Assembly: GCA_021816845.1 (NCBI GenBank) | Contig: JAKAWT010000001.1 | Span: 134,087-198,086 of the forward strand | DNA length: 64,000 nt | Direction of reading: 5' to 3' | From: a bacterium | GTDB taxonomy: Bacteria > Patescibacteriota > Dojkabacteria > JAKAPS01 > JAJZLI01 | Shown: positions 39,920-49,749 of the stretch, in pieces | Layout of the letters: each line of letters opens with the position of its first letter | How positions within the stretch are numbered: position 1 is the first letter of the stretch | The notes under the pieces: generated by a model | Seen by the model: the letters and a program-made list of their open reading frames with translations, nothing else | What the model was told of the DNA's origin: nothing | The model's database searches: none | Made by a program: the position numbers and the translations under genes

Positions 39920-40690
39920 CTATTTTCTTTCTGAAGGGAAAATTTTTAATATATTATTTTTATATTTTATAGGTGCAGGAATTGAATCAAATAAAGCGTG
40001 ATATACAAAATATTTAAACCCTTTTCTTCTACTTGTAAAATCAAATCCATAGGAAACAGTATTATTCTTAATTTCACTTATTAAATCATCCTTATATATT
40101 GTGTATGCACTACCTAAAACCCTCCTTAAATGAGCATCTGAACCTCCTACGATAGGGATTTGGTATTTTTTAGCTATATCTATAGCCTTTTTATTAGCCA
40201 ATGATAACTCTGCTTGTTTTCTAAGAAATTTCCTATTTGAATATAAAAGAGTCATATAATTTAAAGATCCATTAACTTCTATAGCAAAAGGTATATTACT
40301 ATCAAGCATAGATTCCACTAGTATTTTACCATTCAAATGCCTGCCTTTTTGAAATGGGTTAAATGGATGAGCTATAACAGGGAAGCCACCTTGATTTAAT
40401 ATCTCCTTAGCAGTATCTTGTGGAGACATTTTTTTTCTTATATTTTTTTTAATATCAAGCCCAATCATGTGGCAGTGATTAGTTGATATCTCAGATCCAA
40501 TACCTACTTCTATTTTATAATTCTTTTTAAGTTTATATGATAAAGCAATTTTTGCACCTTCTATATTATTATGATCAGTTATATATACTTTATCAATATC
40601 AGTATTGTACTCAATGTAATCAATTATTTGTTCAGGAGAACGTGCACCATCAGATACATTAGAATGTATATGTAAATCTGCTTTTTTCAT
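39920..40690 (-). CDS. PHP-domain phosphoesterase
   Basis: DLHIHS.VSDG, ITDHN, IAHP, GGSDAH. Confidence 0.88.
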   Translation of the reverse strand: MKKADLHIHSNVSDGARSPEQIIDYIEYNTDIDKVYITDHNNIEGAKIALSYKLKKNYKIEVGIGSEISTNHCHMIGLDIKKNIRKKMSPQDTAKEILNQGGFPVIAHPFNPFQKGRHLNGKILVESMLDSNIPFAIEVNGSLNYMTLLYSNRKFLRKQAELSLANKKAIDIAKKYQIPIVGGSDAHLRRVLGSAYTIYKDDLISEIKNNTVSYGFDFTSRRKGFKYFVYHALFDSIPAPIKYKNNILKIFPSERK

Positions 40691-40713
40691 TTTTTAATGG
40701 TATTTATTAAACT

Positions 40714-41022
40714 TCAAACAGTAGGATTCCTTCTATCTCTTTGTCTTTGAACGAAAGATGTTAATATTTCAACTAAAACAAGACCAGCAATAGTATAAAA
40801 TATTAGTGCAGTTACAGAGTTTGATGCTAAAACAAACCTTCCAAATACTATTGTAGGAAATAAACCAGAAAATGGTGCTACTAGTGGATATGACGTACCA
40901 TAAATAAACTTAGCTATTGGATTATTAGCATTAGCCCCGAAAAGAAGGAATAGAATTCTAAAGACTAAGAAAAATTCAATTATTGAAAATATTCCATATA
41001 CTAACCTATCTGATATATTCAT
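40714..41022 (-). CDS. YggT-like membrane protein (paralog of 20751-21152)
   Basis: IEF.L.FR.LF.LFGAN...FIY..S.PLVAPFSG.F. Confidence 0.8.
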   Translation of the reverse strand: MNISDRLVYGIFSIIEFFLVFRILFLLFGANANNPIAKFIYGTSYPLVAPFSGLFPTIVFGRFVLASNSVTALIFYTIAGLVLVEILTSFVQRQRDRRNPTV

Positions 41023-41059
41023 AATACTTATATACTACATTATAAAAATTAATTTAGAA

Positions 41060-42268
41060 TTAAATAGATTGTACTATATCAGCAAACTTTTTTCCACTTT
41101 CTTTCATAATTCTATTACCATTGTTATCCATATAGGAAAATCCAAATTTGGCATCAAAACCATACTTCCATTCATAATTATCTATAAGGCTCCAGTAGAA
41201 ATAACCTTTAACAGGAATACCCTCTTCTATGGCTTTCTTTATATACACAAGATGATCTTCTATATATTTTATACGATTCAAATCAGACGTATCAGATATA
41301 CCATTCTCTAAAATAAATATATCTTTGTTGTACCTTTTATATGTCTGTTTCATTATATTATATATACCTTGTGGATATATATCCCATCCTAGTACATCTT
41401 GTTTTTCAAGCTTATCATTAGGAATGCTTTTAAATAGAAAATTATGAATAGATAATTTAAATTTGTCTTCTTCATGAAAATAATAATTTAATCCTATAAA
41501 ATCCATATATTTTCTAGTTTTATCTAAATAAGAATAATTAGTAAAATATCTTTTTAGCATTATATAAAATTTGCTTATCCAATCTAAAGGTAAGTAGTCC
41601 ACATTATTCTTGGCAACAGAAACTCTGGATCTTCCCCAATTAAACTTCTTATATATATCTTTTATCCCTATATATGCTCTAATATGAGCTATCTGAAGAT
41701 TATGTTCTACCTTTAAATATTTGATTATACTCCTCTTTCCAGGAGGATATTCACCAGAAAGATATCCCATCAAAGCATATATAAAAGGTTCATTAATAGT
41801 AATCCAAAAAGTGACTTCACTACCAAGATTCTCAACTACAAAATCAGTATACCTTTGAAATATCTTAATAATTTTCTTATTCTCAAAACCTCCAATCTTT
41901 GATACCCATATTGGAAGAGATTCATGAAATAGAGTTACAAAAGGTTCTATATTATTATCCTTAAGAGATTTTATAAGATCTTTATAGTGATTTAATACTT
42001 CAAGATCCCACTTACCTTCTTCAGGTTCGATTCTAGACCACTCAATAGAAAATCTATAAGAATTAACCTTTAATCGTTTCAAAATTTCAATATCTTCCTT
42101 ATATTTCTCATATGATCTACATGCATCTCCAGCTTCAATATATCCTTTATATTTTTCCCATGAATACCAATCACTATTAAAATTTCCACCCTCAATCTGA
42201 TAAGAAGAAGTTGAAACCCCCCATTTAAAATCTACAGGTAAAGAAAAATTAGTATTTGTATTATCCAT
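41060..42268 (-). CDS. glycoside hydrolase family 1 (beta-glucosidase)
   Basis: WG..TSSYQIEG, YRFSIEWSRI, acid/base TINEP, nucleophile ILENG, WSL.DNYEW. Confidence 0.93.
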   Translation of the reverse strand: MDNTNTNFSLPVDFKWGVSTSSYQIEGGNFNSDWYSWEKYKGYIEAGDACRSYEKYKEDIEILKRLKVNSYRFSIEWSRIEPEEGKWDLEVLNHYKDLIKSLKDNNIEPFVTLFHESLPIWVSKIGGFENKKIIKIFQRYTDFVVENLGSEVTFWITINEPFIYALMGYLSGEYPPGKRSIIKYLKVEHNLQIAHIRAYIGIKDIYKKFNWGRSRVSVAKNNVDYLPLDWISKFYIMLKRYFTNYSYLDKTRKYMDFIGLNYYFHEEDKFKLSIHNFLFKSIPNDKLEKQDVLGWDIYPQGIYNIMKQTYKRYNKDIFILENGISDTSDLNRIKYIEDHLVYIKKAIEEGIPVKGYFYWSLIDNYEWKYGFDAKFGFSYMDNNGNRIMKESGKKFADIVQSI

Positions 42269-42271
42269 AAA

Positions 42272-42508
42272 TTATTCTATCTTATTTACAGCTTTTTTAA
42301 ACATATACAAAATCAAAGCAGAGAAAACTATTGAAAGTACAATACTAAATATTGTATTAGATAAAAAGGAATCTCCTGACAGACCACCAATCATTGCCCC
42401 TATAATACCAGTGATTATATCTATAAATAATCCCCCTCTGGTTTTATATTTTCTTGCAAACCAAAATCCAACTAAAATACCAATCAAAACATATATGAAT
42501 ATATTCAT
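42272..42508 (-). CDS. GlsB/YeaQ/YmgE-family small membrane protein
   Basis: IG...G..A...GG...DI..GIIGA.IGG pattern; ATG 42508 lies 6 nt after TATAAT. Confidence 0.75.
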   Translation of the reverse strand: MNIFIYVLIGILVGFWFARKYKTRGGLFIDIITGIIGAMIGGLSGDSFLSNTIFSIVLSIVFSALILYMFKKAVNKIE

Positions 42509-42554
42509 AGTTTCATTATACACAAGGTTAGAATCACTTTCTATAGAAGGTTAA

Positions 42555-44399
42555 TTACTCTTTATTAAATTTATTTCTATCAGATTTCCTAAGGTATTTT
42601 TTTCTTAACCTTAGATTAGTTGGAGTAATTTCTAGATACTCATCATCTGCTATAAAATCTATTCCAAGTTCAATAGTAAGTTCTATATTTTTTGTTAATA
42701 CAATAGTTTCTTCTCCTATATCCGAATGTAATCCTGTTAAATGCTTAGCTCTAGATACATTAACTTCCATATCTTGGTCATATTTATTTATACCTACTAT
42801 CATTCCTTCATAAACTTGTTCTTCCGGAGCTACAAATAAGGTACCTCTTTCCTGGGCCTTATTAAGACCATATGATGTTGTATTTCCAGCTTCTGAAGCA
42901 ATTAGGACTCCTTTTCTATCCTTATACATACTTCCTCCAGGTGATAATACAAATTCAGAAAAACTACTATTAAAAATAACAGTACCTTTTGTATCATTAA
43001 CAAGCTCACCTCTAAGTCCAAACAGGTTCCTAGTTAATACTTTATAATGGAAATGTACTATATCTGAATTGTCAGTATGCATATTTACTAGTTCTCCTTT
43101 TCTTTTTGACAATGCAGTAGTTATAATGCCTATAGAATTCTTATCAACTTCTAAAAATAAATCTTCTTGTCCTTCATATTTTTTTCCATCAATTATTTTG
43201 GTGATAGCTTCTGGTTTTGAGATTTGGAATTCATATCCTTCTCTTCTTAGCGTTTCTATCAATATTGATAAGTGTAGTTCTCCTCTACCCGATACAAAAA
43301 ATTGGTCACCTGAGATTTCAAGTTTCATTGCAACATTTTTTTGTAACTCCCTTTCTAATCTTGCAAGTAGCTGCCTTGATGTAACGAACTTCCCTTCTCT
43401 GCCAGCTAGTGGAGAACTATTTGCTTCAAATTTTATTCGAACAGAAGGTTCTTGTATTTCTAAATCTGGTAATCTCTGGTTCTCTCCTGGCATTGTTATT
43501 GTATCACCAATCTTTGCATCTGCAGCTCCAATTATAGTTACTATATCTCCTGCTTGCATTTTTTGCACCTCTTCTTTCTTTATACCGTTTGAGACTATTA
43601 ATTTTAAAACTTTAAATCTTTTCACAGACTCCAATCCAAGTATATCTAATGAATCTCCTTTTTGTATTTCCCCTTGTAAGATCTTCCCTACAACTCCAGA
43701 CCCAGTATATTCATCATAATCAATTGATGATACTTGCATAAGGAATGGTAAAGTTAAATCTCCAGAAGGAGGAGGAATATCTTTGATTATACTAGAAAAA
43801 AGAAGTGATACATCAGATCCAGAAGTATCTGCTTTATATTCAATCCTAGTATTTAAATCTGGAAGTTTATCAAAGATGATCCCTTCCCTTGCAATTGCAT
43901 AAAATATAGGAAAATCTAACTGATCATCTGAAGTTGCAAGATCTAAAAAAAGATCATCTATTTCAGATAATGTCTTATCTATATCTGCAAATTTTTTATC
44001 TATTTTATTTATTACTACTATTATTTTCTTACCTAACTCTAATGCTTTTTGAAGTACATATCGTGTTTGTGGCATAGGTCCTTCTTGAGCATCAACAATT
44101 AGTAAACATCCATCAGCCATATTTAAAGTTCTTTCAACCTCTCCAGAAAAATCAGCATGTCCAGGTGTATCTATAATATTTATTTTATAGTCCTTATATT
44201 TAATAAATATATTTTTTGCAGTTATAGTAATACCTCTTTCTTTTTCAAGATCCATATTATCCATAATTAAAGACTGAGTCATCAAAGCCTCATTTTCTCT
44301 AAACATATTTGATTGTTTCATAAAGCTGTCTACCAAAGTGGTTTTACCATGGTCAACATGGGCAATAACAGCAATATTTCTGATTTTAGAATTTTCCAT
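42555..44399 (-). CDS. typA: translational GTPase TypA/BipA
   Basis: AHVDHGKTTL, ERGITI, DTPGHADF, NKID, GRGELHLSILIETLRREGYE. Confidence 0.96.
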   Translation of the reverse strand: MENSKIRNIAVIAHVDHGKTTLVDSFMKQSNMFRENEALMTQSLIMDNMDLEKERGITITAKNIFIKYKDYKINIIDTPGHADFSGEVERTLNMADGCLLIVDAQEGPMPQTRYVLQKALELGKKIIVVINKIDKKFADIDKTLSEIDDLFLDLATSDDQLDFPIFYAIAREGIIFDKLPDLNTRIEYKADTSGSDVSLLFSSIIKDIPPPSGDLTLPFLMQVSSIDYDEYTGSGVVGKILQGEIQKGDSLDILGLESVKRFKVLKLIVSNGIKKEEVQKMQAGDIVTIIGAADAKIGDTITMPGENQRLPDLEIQEPSVRIKFEANSSPLAGREGKFVTSRQLLARLERELQKNVAMKLEISGDQFFVSGRGELHLSILIETLRREGYEFQISKPEAITKIIDGKKYEGQEDLFLEVDKNSIGIITTALSKRKGELVNMHTDNSDIVHFHYKVLTRNLFGLRGELVNDTKGTVIFNSSFSEFVLSPGGSMYKDRKGVLIASEAGNTTSYGLNKAQERGTLFVAPEEQVYEGMIVGINKYDQDMEVNVSRAKHLTGLHSDIGEETIVLTKNIELTIELGIDFIADDEYLEITPTNLRLRKKYLRKSDRNKFNKE

Positions 44400-44422
44400 A
44401 CGTTCTGTATTATACAGGGATT

Positions 44423-45739
44423 TTAACGAAGAATATAGAAGTTACCGTTTCCTGTGGTTACATAAAATTTACCAGAGTAAAAACTCAGTCCTGATGCTAT
44501 TTCTGGGCCTCCCAATGTCCTTTTTGCATCAAACGCTCCGTTATTTTTATCAATAACATAAATGTTACCATTGGCAGTTACACCATAGACATCCTCTTTT
44601 ATAATTGTTAGAGGTGCATTAATCATACCATTAATCTTATATGACCAATCTACCTTCTCTGTATTAATATTCACTGCAAATATGCTCCTTGCTGTATTGG
44701 AACCAGTATATATAGTGTCACCTTCTAATGTTGGGACAGATCCTTGCATTGGATCTGAAGGTTCATTTATAACTCCATATCCTTCATTTAACGCCCACAC
44801 TATAGATCCTGTTTGTGCATCAATCTTATATAAATATTCATATCCAGAATTAGTAGTATAGTCTTTCAACATTGTTGCATTTGTATATAGATATCCTTTG
44901 TAATAGACAGGGGTAGTATCATCAAGTCCACCTGTTATTGTAATTCCTCCAGGGAGATTCTTGAAAGCTGTTGCCCATTTAATACTCTTAGTATTTATAT
45001 TTACATCAAAAAATTTATATGGTTTAGATCCACCAAAAAATACATTATTACCAACAAGTATAGGTGATGACATTGAGACAATAGATCCAACATTTAATGT
45101 CCACAATACTTTTCCTGTTAGTGCATCTAAAGCATAAAATGTTCTGTTTCCATTTACAAAGTATAAAGTTCCATTGCTATATATAGGAGTAGGCATATTT
45201 TCACCAAGAGTTTTATATTTCCAAATTACTGCTCCTGTTGAAATATTAATACCGTACACAAAATTATTTCCCAATCCCCTATACGACTCCTTGGGGCCAT
45301 ATTTGATACTATTCCCAGACCCAACAAAAACCATATTTATTTGTGGAACTACAACTGGGTTAGTCATTATCCAGTTACTGAAATGATCATGCCATATTAT
45401 ATTACCAGTGACTCTAGATAGGGCTAGCAGCCCACCAGATAAATTTGTCTTATCCATTGTACCTACGTATATTGCATCTCCTGCAACTATAGGTGTAGTA
45501 TCAAAATTCTCTCCATTAATATTTTTAGAAAGTACCACTTTAGATATTAGTACACTATTAACTCCTCCGACAACATTGTTATTTTTCTGATCTTGAGAAT
45601 ATTGTGAATAACTTTTATAAAAAAATGTAGTTTGAGGTTTTATAGTCTTTGTAGAATTAGAGTTATATACATCAAGTCCTACTATTGCAACAATAAACAA
45701 TAGGACAACTAATATATAATAATTCTTATTTTTTAACAT
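44423..45739 (-). CDS. secreted PQQ-like beta-propeller protein
   Basis: N-terminal TM; repeated YAL(D/N)..TG...W Trp-docking motifs. Confidence 0.85.
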   Translation of the reverse strand: MLKNKNYYILVVLLFIVAIVGLDVYNSNSTKTIKPQTTFFYKSYSQYSQDQKNNNVVGGVNSVLISKVVLSKNINGENFDTTPIVAGDAIYVGTMDKTNLSGGLLALSRVTGNIIWHDHFSNWIMTNPVVVPQINMVFVGSGNSIKYGPKESYRGLGNNFVYGINISTGAVIWKYKTLGENMPTPIYSNGTLYFVNGNRTFYALDALTGKVLWTLNVGSIVSMSSPILVGNNVFFGGSKPYKFFDVNINTKSIKWATAFKNLPGGITITGGLDDTTPVYYKGYLYTNATMLKDYTTNSGYEYLYKIDAQTGSIVWALNEGYGVINEPSDPMQGSVPTLEGDTIYTGSNTARSIFAVNINTEKVDWSYKINGMINAPLTIIKEDVYGVTANGNIYVIDKNNGAFDAKRTLGGPEIASGLSFYSGKFYVTTGNGNFYILR

Positions 45740-45809
45740 AATTGTAATTAATTACATATATATACACTAGAACTTAATAAAATGTTTCATGTGCATAATT
45801 TTATAACTA

Positions 45810-46166
45810 TTATTTTTTTCCAGATTTTTTGGAGACACTTTTTTTTGTAGATTTAGAAGGTTGTTTTATATTTTTTACTGGAGTTTTTCTAACTGTTTTT
45901 GAAGTTGTACTCTTAACTGTCTTATCTGTACTAACATCTTTCATAGGTTCTTCCTTCTTTCTTAGTGGCAGATTAGTATTATTATGTACTTTAGAAAAAG
46001 GATTTTCAAAAAAAGAACAGTACAAAAGTATTATACCTATGATAATTAATACTACTAACAATGGTAGATATACAACTGAATAACCTACTGCTAAAAACAA
46101 TATACCAAGAGCAAAGCTCAATAGTTTTAAATAATAATTCCTTTCAGATTTTTTAAAAAAATTCAT
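45810..46166 (-). CDS. 2-TM protein with Lys/Thr/Ser-rich basic tail
   Basis: Two TM then KTVKSTTSKT...KKSVSKKSGKK. Confidence 0.7.
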   Translation of the reverse strand: MNFFKKSERNYYLKLLSFALGILFLAVGYSVVYLPLLVVLIIIGIILLYCSFFENPFSKVHNNTNLPLRKKEEPMKDVSTDKTVKSTTSKTVRKTPVKNIKQPSKSTKKSVSKKSGKK

Positions 46167-46265
46167 ATACCTTGGATATTATCATATATTATGAAAAAAT
46201 GGAATATTATTAATATCTTTTCTAGTTATAAGTTTTTAATATATAAATTTTGTTATAATAAAAAT

Positions 46266-46937
46266 ATGTACCAATATTCAAAGGAAATAATAATTAAAGA
46301 TACAGATAATATAAACGACCTTTATAATGAAGGTTTTGTATTTGTGCGAAAGGGAAAGGGTATTATGCAAAAAATAAGAAGCTTAAGAGTAGATTTAGAA
46401 TATTTTGAACTGACAAGTGAAAATAGGAGAGTTTTAAAAAAAACTGAAAATATATCCATAGAAAAGGACAATTTACCTTACATTGAATATAGTTATAATA
46501 TACATAAAATGGGATTTACGTATTATAAAGCTAGATTTGGGAATAAAGTAATGACTGCAAATAAAATTAAAGAAATGTTCACAAATATGGACAAATCCAA
46601 CATGAATTCGGTTTTTGTTTATAAAGATAAAAATTTAAATGATGTAAATTTTGCTCAGAGAACTAACGTCCAGGGGTATGCCTTGGCGTATATGAATAAA
46701 TATATGTTACACTATGCTTACCCATTCTATGATCTTTCATATTTTAATCTAAATATGGGTATATGTATGATGTTGAAAGCAATAATTTTTGCAAAAGAGC
46801 ATAATCTTGATTATGTCTATCTTGGGAGTGTATATAAAAAAGAGTCAATATATAAATTACAATTTAAAGGACTATCTTGGTTTGATGGGAGAATATGGAA
46901 TAATAATATTAAAGAATTGAAAGAGATCCTTAAATAA
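46266..46937 (+). CDS. ATE1/Bpt-like aminoacyl-tRNA-protein transferase (GNAT fold)
   Basis: R.LRVDL..F..TSENRRVLKK; Y.FYD...NMG..MMLKAI..AK...LDYVYLG...YK..F; ATG 46266 follows TGTTATAAT. Confidence 0.72.
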   Translation: MYQYSKEIIIKDTDNINDLYNEGFVFVRKGKGIMQKIRSLRVDLEYFELTSENRRVLKKTENISIEKDNLPYIEYSYNIHKMGFTYYKARFGNKVMTANKIKEMFTNMDKSNMNSVFVYKDKNLNDVNFAQRTNVQGYALAYMNKYMLHYAYPFYDLSYFNLNMGICMMLKAIIFAKEHNLDYVYLGSVYKKESIYKLQFKGLSWFDGRIWNNNIKELKEILK

Positions 46938-46950
46938 TAAAAATAAATTA

Positions 46951-47823
46951 ATGGTATTAACAGCTACTATAACAGTATTATTTTATGCATTTCTATTAGG
47001 CCTAGTTCATGGGATAACCCCAGATGAACACACCTGGCCTATAACCTTCTCTTATGCAATAGGAAGTTTTTCATCTAGAAAAGGTTTATATGTAGCTATA
47101 CTATTTTCATTAGCATTCACGGTGCAGAGAGCGATAGCATCAGAGATTGCTTATTTTGCACTTATAAATTGGGCGCAATTTCCATCTTTGAATTATTATG
47201 TATATTTAATAGTAGGTTTAGCAATGTTTTTAGTAGGAATATATGTTTTAAGATTCAATAAGATATTTCATATCGAACTTCTTCCTTCTTCATGGATAGG
47301 TAAACATAAACATCATGAATTTGAGGATACACCAAGACAAATAAAACCTTCTATGGCACTTTTACATGGATTTATAGCAGGATGGGGATTTGGTGCTTTT
47401 GCATTGATATTATACACTGTACTTGTGCCAAAAATGCCAAATATGTATGTAGCGTTCCTACCTGGAGTATTTTTTGGATTAGGAACAATGTTTGTACAAG
47501 CTATTTTCGGAAGCATTTTTGGAAGGTGGATTAGAAATATGAAAATTCCAGAATCAGAAGGATTAAAATTGGCATCTAAAGTTGCAGGTAATACGCTTTT
47601 CGGGGGTGGAATAGTTTTTATATTAGGAGGAATGTTTGGACTTTTATTTCCTAGGATAGCAAATCTACATATTGTTACACCAATAAATGTACACAATCTA
47701 CATAACTTAGGATTAGCATTTGTTATGGTTATGACTACAGTTTTGTTTATAGGCGTAGGATCTATATATATAAATATGCATAAAATAAAAGAAAAATACC
47801 AAAATACAAATGAAACCCCTTAA
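46951..47823 (+). CDS. NicO/RcnA/UreH-like metal transporter
   Basis: GLVHG..PDEH motif in TM1, HKHHE loop, HG..AG.G, ~7-8 TM. Confidence 0.65.
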   Translation: MVLTATITVLFYAFLLGLVHGITPDEHTWPITFSYAIGSFSSRKGLYVAILFSLAFTVQRAIASEIAYFALINWAQFPSLNYYVYLIVGLAMFLVGIYVLRFNKIFHIELLPSSWIGKHKHHEFEDTPRQIKPSMALLHGFIAGWGFGAFALILYTVLVPKMPNMYVAFLPGVFFGLGTMFVQAIFGSIFGRWIRNMKIPESEGLKLASKVAGNTLFGGGIVFILGGMFGLLFPRIANLHIVTPINVHNLHNLGLAFVMVMTTVLFIGVGSIYINMHKIKEKYQNTNETP

Positions 47824-48742
47824 TAAAAATCAAATCAGATATATTGCTTCGTATATAACTAAAAATAAGGAAAAATTACTGAATATAAATTCATCTATTA
47901 TAACTGATGATATCAAAACTCTAGACAATAATGAGGAGAAGATAGTTATAGGTATTGGAGGATCACATATATACTATACTAAGGTAAAAAACACAGAAAT
48001 TTTAAAAGAAGATATTATAAGATTCCCAAGTAATCAAGAACAATTTTTTGAATACATAGTAAAATATGGGAGAGAAAAATTATATATTACCGATAAAATG
48101 GATAAGTTAAATATAATATTTTCTTACCCTTTTAAATCAATAAGGTCCAATGGGTATATTGATGGTATATATGAGAAAGTTGATATAATATCTAAAGAAA
48201 TACCTTTTACAAATATTAGTTTTTCAATTAATAAAAAATTTAGGGAAATTATTAAACAGGATATAAATATAAACGTTGTTAATGATGCGGTAGCAAGTAA
48301 TATTTACAATTATTATAAAAATCCCAATTATGATACATATATATCAATATTATCAGGAACAGGTGTAAATCTATCTTATATAAAGGATGGCTTCTTTATA
48401 AACTCTGAAATTGGTAGGTTAAAGATGGCAGATTTTGAATCTCGATTCTTTGGATCTGGATTCATCCAAGATAAACTTTTGGAAGAATATATTTCTTATA
48501 AGGCTTTAAGTAAATATAATTTATCATATGTAGAAATTGCCTCTATTGCAGCATCATATACAACAGCCATCATAATGGCCTTCATTGATAGAAATAAACA
48601 TACCTCTTTAATAGGACAAGGTTCATTCATAACTAAAAATCATATTTTCTATGAAGAGTTAAATTATAATCTTAGAGAGTTTAAAAACACAGTAATATCT
48701 AAAGATAATAAAGCTGATATAAAGGGTGCGTCTTTGTTATAG
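47810..48742 (+). CDS. hexokinase-family (eukaryote-like) sugar kinase, divergent
   Basis: IGIGGSH, FSYPF, VVNDAVAS, SGTGVNLSY, INSEIG, GS, GASLL echo hexokinase motifs in order. Confidence 0.65.
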   Translation: MKPLNKNQIRYIASYITKNKEKLLNINSSIITDDIKTLDNNEEKIVIGIGGSHIYYTKVKNTEILKEDIIRFPSNQEQFFEYIVKYGREKLYITDKMDKLNIIFSYPFKSIRSNGYIDGIYEKVDIISKEIPFTNISFSINKKFREIIKQDININVVNDAVASNIYNYYKNPNYDTYISILSGTGVNLSYIKDGFFINSEIGRLKMADFESRFFGSGFIQDKLLEEYISYKALSKYNLSYVEIASIAASYTTAIIMAFIDRNKHTSLIGQGSFITKNHIFYEELNYNLREFKNTVISKDNKADIKGASLL

Positions 48743-49051
48743 CTATAATGTATTTTGAGATATTCCAGAAGTAATGGAACTTAAGTGTGTATTATTTAAA
48801 TAATTTAGAGCACTATTTAAGTCTGAAGAACTATTTACAACTGGGACTTGAGGTTGACTTGGAAGAGAACTTGTTACATTTTGTGAACTAGTTGTCTGAC
48901 CAGTAGCTGATGATTGAGAGTTATTTAGTAAATCAACTATATAAACAATAGCTAAAGCAAGAAACAAAAATAGGACTAGTGATATAACCTTGTAAACTAA
49001 CAAGTCATTATGTGTTCTTTTCATTTCTATATCACTATTTTGGTTGTCCAT
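48743..49051 (-). CDS. single-TM hypothetical protein
   Basis: TM, S/T/Q linker, short helical C-terminus; coupled to the upstream gene. Confidence 0.7.
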   Translation of the reverse strand: MDNQNSDIEMKRTHNDLLVYKVISLVLFLFLALAIVYIVDLLNNSQSSATGQTTSSQNVTSSLPSQPQVPVVNSSSDLNSALNYLNNTHLSSITSGISQNTL

Positions 49052-49679
49052 TATTATTAGTTGTAGATAAACTAGATTTAATTGCTACAATGAGATCAAC
49101 GATACTTTTCCTATACAATCTTAATGCGGATATTTCAGCTTTCATATCAGTATTAAAAGCCAAAACCATCGTTTGTGGGCTAGTAGTACTACAAGTAAGA
49201 TTAGCTGCATCTCCAGATACTTTTGTTTCTGCTGCAAGGACAGCATCTTCTGCAGTCTGTACATTAGCTACCAAAGTTTGATAATTTGCTACAGTAACAT
49301 TTTTAGTCATAATTTTAGTTGAATAGAAAGATTCGACGCTTAATGCAATCCTTGTGAATGCTTTCTCTTGTACAGTTGCAAGAGCTACCATATGATCAGA
49401 TCTTTCAGTTATTGCGGCTATTCTAGCTTTACAAGATTTTGCCAGCCCACTAGCTTTAGCACTCTGTCCCTTAGCCAATCCATTTGCTACGTTAGTAGTA
49501 TTAGCTGAAGTTGGGGCAACATTATTACCTGGTGTAGTAGTGACAGTGTTTGGATTACCAGCAGTTGATTGAGCATTAGAATTGTGTGAAGCAGCATATA
49601 CTGAAGTTGCAAGTGCTAAACTCAAAACAGCAAAAGGTAAAACCTTTAGAATTCCTATGTGTTTAGTATATTTTTCCAT
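49035..49679 (-). CDS. secreted helical protein
   Basis: Signal peptide (VYA-A), two Cys, amphipathic helices; upstream TTGACA-17-TACATT promoter. Confidence 0.75.
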   Translation of the reverse strand: MEKYTKHIGILKVLPFAVLSLALATSVYAASHNSNAQSTAGNPNTVTTTPGNNVAPTSANTTNVANGLAKGQSAKASGLAKSCKARIAAITERSDHMVALATVQEKAFTRIALSVESFYSTKIMTKNVTVANYQTLVANVQTAEDAVLAAETKVSGDAANLTCSTTSPQTMVLAFNTDMKAEISALRLYRKSIVDLIVAIKSSLSTTNNNGQPK

Positions 49680-49749
49680 ATTTAAAATTCACTAACAAAC
49701 TTATATTAATGTATAATACTGATATATATTTGTCAATAGATAACTAAAA

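Noticed and set aside
43069-43719. 216-aa antisense ORF in typA and the many similar shadow ORFs (e.g. 26422-26895, 30173-30595, 53603-54016, 63388-63618)
   Set aside because: They lie opposite well-supported genes, have no motifs and reflect codon bias
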